Source: a virus
DNA: 64,000 nt
Virus record (IMG/VR): IMGVR_UViG_3300028384_001046
Span: 46,916-110,915 of that record
Reading direction: 5' to 3' (one strand)
Positions 56,730 through 64,000 of this stretch are shown here, one piece after another (within the stretch, counting starts at the first letter, position 1; each line of letters opens with the position of its first letter). Both the position numbers and the translations under genes were made by a program. The notes beneath the pieces are model-generated. The model worked only from the letters and a program-made list of their open reading frames with translations. It made no database searches and was not told the origin of the DNA.

Positions 56730-58108
56730 TGGAAACGATTGAAAAGACAATCCTTAAGAATCTAATTCTTAATGAAGACTATACTAGAAAGGTGCTTCCT
56801 TTTATCAAGAAGGATTACTTTGATAGTGTACATGAGAAAGTAATCTTCGAGGAATCTGAAAGATTCATTAGTGAGTATAATAAGTGTCCTACAGTAGAGA
56901 TTCTTAATATCGAATGTGAGAAACGATCTGATATCAATCAAGAAACGTTTCAAACTGTTGTTTCTGCTCTTTCTGAGTTTGATACCGATCGTTCAAACGA
57001 AGAGTGGTTGACTGATGTTACGGAGAAGTGGTGTAGGGATAGAGCAATTTATCTCGCCCTGGTTGAGAGTATTGGTATTGCGGATGGAAATAATGAAAAG
57101 AAAAATATTGATGCAATCCCATCTATTCTTTCAGATGCACTAGCTGTAAGTTTCGACAATCATGTTGGTCATGACTATCTGCAAGACTTTTCTGAACGAT
57201 TTGATTTCTATCATCAAAAAGAAGAAAGAATACCTTTTGATCTTGACTTCTTCAATAAGATTACGAAAGGTGGTCTGGTCAATAAGAGTCTTAATATCGC
57301 TCTGGCTGGCACAGGTGTCGGTAAGTCTCTTTTCATGTGTCACATGGCTTCTTCCGTTCTCCTCAGAGGAAGTAACGTACTCTATATTACGCTTGAGATG
57401 GCTGAGGAAAAAATTGCAGAGAGAATCGACGCGAATCTCCTCAACATCCCAATCCAACAATTGACTGATTTGCCTCGGTCAATGTTTGAAAACAAAGTAT
57501 CTAAACTCGCGGAAAAAACTCAGGGGTCTCTTATAATTAAAGAGTATCCCACCGCAAGTGCTCACGTTGGACACTTTAGATCACTTCTTAATGAACTTGC
57601 ACTTAAGAAGTCATTTAGACCTGATATTATTTTCATTGATTACCTCAATATATGTGCTTCCGAAAGGTATCGCGGAAACAGCTCTGTCAATTCATATTCT
57701 TATATTAAGGCTATTGCAGAAGAACTTAGAGGATTGGCTTGCGAAGCCAAGGTCCCTATCGTATCTGCCACCCAGACCACTCGTTCTGGTTATGGTAGCT
57801 CTGATGTTGAGCTTACTGATACAAGTGAGTCCTTTGGTTTGCCTGCTACTGCTGATCTTATGTTTGCCCTTATCTCTACTGAGGAGCTTGAAGAACTTGG
57901 ACAGATTATGGTGAAACAATTGAAGAATCGATACAATGATCCTACAGTAAATAAAAGGTTTGTGGTTGGTATCGACCGTGCTAAGATGCGTCTTTATGAT
58001 TGCGAACAATCTGCACAGGATGATATTCTTGACTCTGGACAAGAAGAAGAGTATACTTACGAAGAGACCAAAAAATCCAAAGACAAATTTTCTGCTCTGA
58101 ATTTCTAA
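56729..58108 (+). CDS. gp41: Replicative helicase gp41
   Basis: 'AGTGVGKSL', 'YITLEMAEE', 'IDYLNIC', 'TSESFGLPATAD', 'KQLKNRY'. Confidence 0.97.
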   Translation: METIEKTILKNLILNEDYTRKVLPFIKKDYFDSVHEKVIFEESERFISEYNKCPTVEILNIECEKRSDINQETFQTVVSALSEFDTDRSNEEWLTDVTEKWCRDRAIYLALVESIGIADGNNEKKNIDAIPSILSDALAVSFDNHVGHDYLQDFSERFDFYHQKEERIPFDLDFFNKITKGGLVNKSLNIALAGTGVGKSLFMCHMASSVLLRGSNVLYITLEMAEEKIAERIDANLLNIPIQQLTDLPRSMFENKVSKLAEKTQGSLIIKEYPTASAHVGHFRSLLNELALKKSFRPDIIFIDYLNICASERYRGNSSVNSYSYIKAIAEELRGLACEAKVPIVSATQTTRSGYGSSDVELTDTSESFGLPATADLMFALISTEELEELGQIMVKQLKNRYNDPTVNKRFVVGIDRAKMRLYDCEQSAQDDILDSGQEEEYTYEETKKSKDKFSALNF

Positions 58109-58512
58109 TGACTATTAAATTTTCCCGATACGAAGAGTTTGTTGATGCAGTCACTTCTGATGCATCAAAAGACTTTGTGTCCCTTGCTGATCGAATGGTT
58201 GAACTTGATGGTGAAGGTGCAAACATTGAGCGTCTGTTGACCGCTGGTGTTGGAATCAACGCTGAAGGTGGTGAGTTCCTTGAAATTATTAAAAAAATGA
58301 TTTTCCAAGGTAAGCCTTGGAACGATGCTAACAGAGAACATTTGATCCTTGAACTTGGTGATCTTCTGTGGTATGTTGCACAAGCAACACAAGCACTTGG
58401 AGTTTCTTTTGAAGACGTTATTGCTGGAAATATCCGTAAACTTGAGAAGCGTTATCCTGGGGGATCTTTTGATCCTTACTATTCCGAAAACCGTGCGGAG
58501 GGTGACCTGTGA
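58108..58512 (+). CDS. mazG: MazG-like nucleotide pyrophosphohydrolase
   Basis: 'G..AEGGEF.EI.KK..FQGK', 'ELGD.LWY', 'N..KL..RYP'. Confidence 0.9.
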   Translation: MTIKFSRYEEFVDAVTSDASKDFVSLADRMVELDGEGANIERLLTAGVGINAEGGEFLEIIKKMIFQGKPWNDANREHLILELGDLLWYVAQATQALGVSFEDVIAGNIRKLEKRYPGGSFDPYYSENRAEGDL

Positions 58513-58763
58513 TTGGTAAACTTGATCCCGAAGAAAACGTTATGAATATGTCCGTAACATATCCTGGTAAAGTGTTAGGACAACTTGCCATTGCTCTGGA
58601 AACACTTGGGTGGGATTATGGTGATGACGTTGCAGTAGAAATTGCTGGCACTCAAATCTATGAGATTGAAGGTGCAGGCACTAAGTGGGCACCACTCAAA
58701 GGAACTCGCAAGTATAACAAAGATGCATTTATTGTAATTAAAAACAGATCACGAAATGTATAG
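58509..58763 (+). CDS. Hypothetical protein
   Basis: GTGA overlap with the mazG stop. Confidence 0.55.
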   Translation: MIGKLDPEENVMNMSVTYPGKVLGQLAIALETLGWDYGDDVAVEIAGTQIYEIEGAGTKWAPLKGTRKYNKDAFIVIKNRSRNV

Positions 58764-58956
58764 TCTCTGGATTCACCTGGTAGCATTCTTCCAAGTTGTC
58801 GTGATGAATTGTGTTCAACCAGTCAACTGGAAGTATTGTTACCGTGTGGATCAGTGGTTGTTTCCTGAAGTAGTTGAGGGGTATCAATTATGGACGGGAC
58901 AAAAAAAGATCTATCAAAACGAGAAGGACTATCTAAATAGGGTTGTAGAACCATGA
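58756..58956 (+). CDS. Small hypothetical protein
   Basis: 66-aa ORF with a hydrophobic N-terminus. Confidence 0.45.
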   Translation: MYSLWIHLVAFFQVVVMNCVQPVNWKYCYRVDQWLFPEVVEGYQLWTGQKKIYQNEKDYLNRVVEP

Positions 58957-58962
58957 CCCTAT

Positions 58963-59679
58963 ATGGCAGGAACTCTAGCAGAAAGACAAGAAACTGGTCT
59001 TGTAGATGCAATCAATTTCTTCTCTGAGAAAAAAGGAGGCAAACCCTTCACTCTGCAGGCTGGTTCAACTAGATTAAATAATGTTCTTTCTGCTAATAAA
59101 GTAATGGGCAGATCTGCATCTGGTGATGAACCGTATACTGATGTAGAAATTAAAACCATAAACAGAATTTATAAACTGTCGATGAAAGGTCCCAGTGCTC
59201 CTAGTATGGCAGGTGGGGGACTAAACGGACTTGAAAAAATTGTACCTGGATTTAGTGGTAGATTTATTCGGGCAGCATATGAAAAGTATTTGCAACTTGG
59301 ATATACACAGGGACAACAGATTCCTGATATGTATGGTCAGATTGGTTCTGAATTGAAGGAGACTATTGTTCTCGGAACACAAGCAATGGGAGGTCCAATT
59401 ACCCATATGTATATCGGACCTATGGATGTTCATTCCACATCTAGTGGCAATGTTTTAACAGTGAATGGTAGACTTCATGATGCAAAGAAGTATGCAAGAG
59501 AACATGATCTTTATTTGCGACTTAGGAAAAGAAGAGCTGATCAACCCTTCGAGACAAATGAAAAGGATAAGAAAGGTCTTCCTTTGATTCTTGGTAAGTC
59601 TCCTAGTGCTGGTGATAAGGGTAGAAGAATTGTGATTGTGGCTAAACCACCATCAAATGCCATAGTGGTAACCTTTTAA
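58963..59679 (+). CDS. Hypothetical protein, possible PD-(D/E)xK nuclease fold
   Basis: 'ERQE.GL', 'YTDVEI', 'KLSMKG'; TAAATA at 58934. Confidence 0.5.
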   Translation: MAGTLAERQETGLVDAINFFSEKKGGKPFTLQAGSTRLNNVLSANKVMGRSASGDEPYTDVEIKTINRIYKLSMKGPSAPSMAGGGLNGLEKIVPGFSGRFIRAAYEKYLQLGYTQGQQIPDMYGQIGSELKETIVLGTQAMGGPITHMYIGPMDVHSTSSGNVLTVNGRLHDAKKYAREHDLYLRLRKRRADQPFETNEKDKKGLPLILGKSPSAGDKGRRIVIVAKPPSNAIVVTF

Positions 59680-59708
59680 TAAATATAAGAAAGGGCAGAA
59701 TTCTTGTA

Positions 59709-60998
59709 GTGAAAAGTTTCTTAGAATTTATTACTGAAGCCGTCAAGACCAATGCTTCCATTCAAGCCAAACAAAAAGGTTTGACTGGTGATGGCCATGG
59801 CGGGTGGTATGATAAAGGTGGAAAGTTTGTAGCAAAGACAGTTGACGGTAAGTTAAAATTCACAGGTTCTAAGGAGACTGGGAAGGATGATGCACCAAAA
59901 CAAGGCGGTTCATCTAAGCCTAATGTACCAGGGAAGACTGCGACTCCAGTTGATACATCCCCAAAACCTGTTGCCCAGACAAGTCAGAAAACCGACCAAG
60001 AAGATAGTACGAAAACGGCGACATCACCCGAAGAACAATCTCTAGAAACGATGGGGGATCCATCAAGTGATAGTGCTGTAATCGTCTTTGGTAGATTCAA
60101 CCCACCAACTATTGGTCACGAAAAACTTCTGAAATCTGCATCTAGTGAAGCGAAGAGAACTAGAGCGGATCTAAGAATTTATCCAAGTCGTACACAGGAT
60201 GCTAAGAAGAATCCTCTGGAACCTGCAACTAAGATTGAATATATGAGGATGATGTTCCCTGATTACGAGGATGAAATTAGGGATGATCCAGAAGCAAAAA
60301 CAATCTTCAATGTATTACAGTCTTGTTACGGTCTTGGTTATAGAGGAGTAACTATTGTCGTGGGTCAGGACAGACTCGCTGAGTTCCAAAGTCTTGCTCA
60401 GAAATATAATGGGGATCTCTATGAGTTTGATGAGATCAAAGTTATCTCTGCTGGCGCAAGAGATGCAGACTCTGATGGTGTGGAAGGTATGTCCGCATCT
60501 AAGATGAGAAAGGCTGCCAAGGATGGAGATTTCAAAGGTTTTGTGAAAGGTATTCCAAATACTTTGGGAAATATGGATAAGAAACAGTTGTTCAATACCC
60601 TACAGAAGAGTATGGGTGCATCTGTTACTGAAGATTGGGAAGTTGCTCCTAAGTTAGACCCAGAGGGGTTGAGAGTTGCTTATATGAAAAATGAAGTATT
60701 TGATTTGGGTTCACTGGTAGAAAATGTTAATACTGGAGAAGTTGGTAGAATCACAAGACGTGGTACAAATTATGTGATTTGTATGACTAAAGAAGGCACA
60801 ATCTTCAAGTCTTGGTTAAGAGATATTATGGAAGCATATGAGGTTGGAACAGATGATTATCGAGAGTATGTTCAGTCAATGACACCAGGACAATCCAAAA
60901 AGAAGTTTGGTTTTTTCAAAGGCAGAATTAAACCAACAGTTCGTCCATTAAAACCAAATGATCCTCCTTCAGGTCCAGGCACAAAATACAATAAATAA
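59709..60998 (+). CDS. HIGH-family nucleotidyltransferase ('cytidyltransferase') with a capsid-targeting-like N-terminus
   Basis: 'FGRFNPPTIGHEKL', 'KNPL', 'VVGQDR', 'SASKMRKAA'; starts MKSFLEFITE; TAAATA at 59680. Confidence 0.8.
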   Translation: MKSFLEFITEAVKTNASIQAKQKGLTGDGHGGWYDKGGKFVAKTVDGKLKFTGSKETGKDDAPKQGGSSKPNVPGKTATPVDTSPKPVAQTSQKTDQEDSTKTATSPEEQSLETMGDPSSDSAVIVFGRFNPPTIGHEKLLKSASSEAKRTRADLRIYPSRTQDAKKNPLEPATKIEYMRMMFPDYEDEIRDDPEAKTIFNVLQSCYGLGYRGVTIVVGQDRLAEFQSLAQKYNGDLYEFDEIKVISAGARDADSDGVEGMSASKMRKAAKDGDFKGFVKGIPNTLGNMDKKQLFNTLQKSMGASVTEDWEVAPKLDPEGLRVAYMKNEVFDLGSLVENVNTGEVGRITRRGTNYVICMTKEGTIFKSWLRDIMEAYEVGTDDYREYVQSMTPGQSKKKFGFFKGRIKPTVRPLKPNDPPSGPGTKYNK

Positions 60999-61025
60999 CT
61001 TTGATAAGGTCTTTCTTTCAGAGCT

Positions 61026-62288
61026 ATGTTTGATAAAAAGTATGATGCTGAAGAGCTAGCATCTATCTATAAGTCTGTGTATGAGAAGAAATTAGATCCT
61101 GTTGGTCAGGAAGATAAGGACATCGATAACGATGGAGATCATGATAAGTCCGATAAGTATCTTCTGAATCGCCGCAAGGTTCGTAGTGATGCTATCAAGT
61201 CGGGAATGCATCGTGATGCCAAGACTGGTAAGGAATCAATGAAGAATCCTCATTCTGAGTCGGTTGAGGTTGAAGAGGGTTATAAAGAGATTAGTTTTGA
61301 TAAACATCAGAAAATGTATAACAGATATAAGAACCTTAGCAAGGCTGCTATGAAAGATGCTCGTGATTCAGGTGAAGCATCTGGTGACAACAGAAGAAAG
61401 ATGGGTAAGATGATGCCTGTTATTAATAAGTCTTCTGAGAATCTGAGAAAGAAACAAACAAAAGGAGAACTCACTGGTAGAGGACCTAGAAAAGAAGAAG
61501 TTGAGTTGGACGAGAACCGTCGTGCTGCTCGTTCTGCTGGTGGTTATAAGGACGATTCTAAGAAGCAACCCGATCCTTCTAAGGATGGATTTACTGGTAT
61601 CGGTAACATGAGTATCGATGCAATCAGAAAGATGTCTGCTCGCATCGAGAAAGAAAAGACTAAGAAAGAAGAAGTCGAAGTAGTTGACGAGGGCAGCATG
61701 AAGAAAGCCCGCGAGAACGTTGGCGCTTCTACATGTTGGGATGGATATAAGGCCAAGGGAACCAAGAAAAAGAATGGTCGTGAAGTTCCTAACTGTGTGA
61801 AGGAAGAAGAAGAACTAGAAGAGGATAAGAAGGAACTCTCTAGAGAAAAGAGAAACAAGATGTTCCGCCGTGCTGGTAACCTTTCCAGAGAAGCTCTGCA
61901 GGGTGGTGACAAAGGATCTGAAGCACATAAGAAGTCTGGAAAGATTGTCAAGGCACTCAACAAAGATGCCGAAGAGAACAACAGAAATGATGTTAGAGAG
62001 GAAACTCTGAGAGACATCTACGAAGGTAAGAAGAAAGGTCTCTGGGACAACATTCATGCCAAACGTAAGCGTGGTGAGAAACCTGCAAAGCCTGGTGATG
62101 AGGACTATCCCAAGACTTTGAAAATCGAGTCCAATGAAAAATTGGAAGAAGCAGCTCCCGCTCTCGTTGGTGTACTTGCCAAGATGGCTGCAAAAAAAGC
62201 AGCAGTTCATGTTGCAAAGAAGGGTGCTGAAAAAGTAAAGGATAAGATGGGTAAACTCCTCAAGGGAGATGAAGAGGAGGAAGGTTGA
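61026..62288 (+). CDS. Highly charged mosaic protein, probable internal head protein
   Basis: Basic modules separated by 'EEVELDE'-type acidic spacers; TAAATA at 60992. Confidence 0.6.
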   Translation: MFDKKYDAEELASIYKSVYEKKLDPVGQEDKDIDNDGDHDKSDKYLLNRRKVRSDAIKSGMHRDAKTGKESMKNPHSESVEVEEGYKEISFDKHQKMYNRYKNLSKAAMKDARDSGEASGDNRRKMGKMMPVINKSSENLRKKQTKGELTGRGPRKEEVELDENRRAARSAGGYKDDSKKQPDPSKDGFTGIGNMSIDAIRKMSARIEKEKTKKEEVEVVDEGSMKKARENVGASTCWDGYKAKGTKKKNGREVPNCVKEEEELEEDKKELSREKRNKMFRRAGNLSREALQGGDKGSEAHKKSGKIVKALNKDAEENNRNDVREETLRDIYEGKKKGLWDNIHAKRKRGEKPAKPGDEDYPKTLKIESNEKLEEAAPALVGVLAKMAAKKAAVHVAKKGAEKVKDKMGKLLKGDEEEEG

Positions 62289-64000
62289 TGGCTAAACCAA
62301 GTCTCGATGATTTGATCGATTCTGTGAGAAAGGGACCTGCTCCAGATCCCAAAAAAGTTGCTGCTGAAAAAAAGAAGAAAGAGAGAAAAGAAGCTCTGAA
62401 GAATGTGCCCGTCGCTAAGAAAAAGTCAAGGGCACAAAAAGATAAGGAATCTGCAGATTCCTTTATTTCTACTGCAAAGAAATCTGTTTCTGATGCACGT
62501 AATAGACAACTAGATAGAGAGAAGAAAGAGGATACTCTTGCTTCTAGAACTAGAAAAAGAGAACTTGGAGATAAGAAGAAGTCTCTAGAGAACAAGAAAG
62601 CGGCAAGTGACGAAAGAAAACAGAAAGCTGGTGAAGCCTTAGCTTCTGCAAAGACCAGTACAGTTTCCAGTAAAGATTCTAATGCAGAAGCAACTGGAAA
62701 AATTGTTGGTAATGCATTGAGTACAGTTGGTGCTGGACTTCGAGCAGGTGCTGCTAGAGTTGGTGCTAGTGAAAAAGCATCTAGACTTAAGAAAAAGATG
62801 GTTCAAAAGATGCGGAAAAACAGAGGTCTCAAGACTGGTGTTGCTTCCAAACAAGATATTAAGAATAGAAGTCCCAAGAAAAAACAGGAAAAGGAAAAGG
62901 ATCCGTGGAATGAGTCCATGGATTGGAGAGATTCTTATATTCCAACGGAGATTGAAACCATGGACGTTATTAAACCAGAACCTCTTAAAGCTTCTAATTG
63001 GAAAGAGGATTTTATTTGGGAAGTAGAAGACTATCCAAAAGAAAAAAAAGAGAAACAACTCAAACCAATGACAGGAAAGAACACTGTCATTATTAATCCA
63101 AAGATTGATGAAGGTATTCGTCTTAAGACAAAAGATGAGTACATGCAGGGACTCAACAAGGCTAAAGAAAGAATTGGTAATTGGTGGAATAAGTTTGTTC
63201 CTCCAGCAAAAGATTCAAATGAACCTAGCGTAAGATCTGGTGAGAGAACTCCAAATACTGGAGGAGTCACTCAACCACATATCCCATCTAGAGGAAGAGA
63301 CGGTAAACGATATGGTTCCGAAGATGATGGAAGTGTAGCACCTCCAAAGAGCACCGAAAAAGATACCAGAACCCCAGAACAGAAAACAACTCCTGCGGAT
63401 AGAGCAAAACAGAAACCAACTCCTACTCCAACCCCCACTCCAACTCCAACCCCGAAACCTAAACCAAAACCTCCTACCGCGAGAGAAAAAGCATACGGAC
63501 CCAAATCTACTCTTTCTGCTAAAGATCAAGCGACCAATAGAGAGTATGATCGTCTAAGAAGACAGCCTGGAGGAACAAAACCAGGTAGTGCTGCGGAGAA
63601 GTTTGGTAAGGCTGCATCGAAAGCAAAGTTTGGCGACCAATTAAAACCAAAGACTCCCAATCCTTTAATGCGAGGAATGCCAAAGAGACCCAAAATTAAT
63701 ACCCCAGTAAAACTGACACCTACACCAGCTCAGGGATCAACTCCAACTCCAGCAAAAAAGAGTGGGTTTAGTAGTACACCCAAACCAATGAGATTGACAA
63801 ACTCTTTCTCCGACTGGAGATCAGAGTTGCAATTAGATGAAGAGGCAGAGAAAAGATACTGTCCAAAGTGTGACAAAGTAGAAACTAAATCCGAGTGTTC
63901 TTACGGTCCAAAATACTGGGAAGAGAACGCAAAGAAGGTAGTTGATGAGGGTGCTGCCTGGACTAAGAAGGAGGGTAAGAACTCTGCAGGTGGACTCAAT
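62288..64000 (+). CDS. Lys/Pro-rich mosaic protein, 3'-truncated (absent from the ORF track); probable internal head protein
   Basis: TGATG overlap with the previous stop; frame reads MAKPSLDDLIDSVRKG... open to ...EGAAWTKKEGKNSAGGLN at the window end. Confidence 0.7.
   Translation, partial: MAKPSLDDLIDSVRKGPAPDPKKVAAEKKKKERKEALKNVPVAKKKSRAQKDKESADSFISTAKKSVSDARNRQLDREKKEDTLASRTRKRELGDKKKSLENKKAASDERKQKAGEALASAKTSTVSSKDSNAEATGKIVGNALSTVGAGLRAGAARVGASEKASRLKKKMVQKMRKNRGLKTGVASKQDIKNRSPKKKQEKEKDPWNESMDWRDSYIPTEIETMDVIKPEPLKASNWKEDFIWEVEDYPKEKKEKQLKPMTGKNTVIINPKIDEGIRLKTKDEYMQGLNKAKERIGNWWNKFVPPAKDSNEPSVRSGERTPNTGGVTQPHIPSRGRDGKRYGSEDDGSVAPPKSTEKDTRTPEQKTTPADRAKQKPTPTPTPTPTPTPKPKPKPPTAREKAYGPKSTLSAKDQATNREYDRLRRQPGGTKPGSAAEKFGKAASKAKFGDQLKPKTPNPLMRGMPKRPKINTPVKLTPTPAQGSTPTPAKKSGFSSTPKPMRLTNSFSDWRSELQLDEEAEKRYCPKCDKVETKSECSYGPKYWEENAKKVVDEGAAWTKKEGKNSAGGLN
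63413..63475 (+). repeat. Pro-Thr / Pro-Lys coding repeat
   Basis: Encodes KPTPTPTPTPTPTPKPKPKPP with synonymous codon variation. Confidence 0.7.

Noticed and set aside
21842-58108. Introns or inteins in gp17, uvsW, gp43 or gp41
   Set aside because: The ORFs are uninterrupted, of normal size, and show no intein splice motifs.
63413-63475. Short tandem repeat as a contingency locus or CRISPR-like array
   Set aside because: It is an in-frame Pro-Thr/Pro-Lys linker with varied codons and no repeat-spacer structure.
1-64000. tRNA, rRNA, CRISPR arrays, transposases
   Set aside because: None recognised by eye and intergenic gaps are short; tRNAscan-SE and Infernal would be needed to exclude them formally.

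Overview
This window is a 64-kb segment of an AT-rich T4-like (myovirus) cyanophage genome. Evidence for a marine picocyanobacterial host is pebS, hsp20, mazG, a cobS-like AAA ATPase and the cyanophage-type gene order. From left to right it holds: (i) the 3' part of a large tail-fibre gene, three tandem Cys/Gly-rich adhesin-like paralogues and a tail-fibre chaperone; (ii) a ~9-kb accessory island with a GT9-like glycosyltransferase, two carbamoyltransferases, ADP-heptose-pathway-like enzymes (kinase, HAD phosphatase, nucleotidyltransferase, epimerase, cupin) and four dioxygenase-like genes; (iii) the T4-like morphogenesis block gp13-gp23 and gp3; (iv) the recombination/replication block uvsY, uvsW, gp55, gp47, gp46, cobS, gp45, gp44, gp62, regA, gp43, uvsX, gp41 and mazG, with inserted accessory genes (pebS, DenV-like, DruA-like, 2OG-Fe(II) oxygenases); (v) late-promoter genes for probable internal head proteins. 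The best candidate for a new system is the fibre/adhesin block plus the heptose-carbamoyl island, which reads as a phage-encoded virion glycosylation/modification system. The second candidate is a set of capsid-targeted, probably protease-processed internal proteins that includes a nucleotidyltransferase. No tRNA, rRNA, CRISPR array or transposase was recognised. All family calls come from motif recognition by eye, not database searches.
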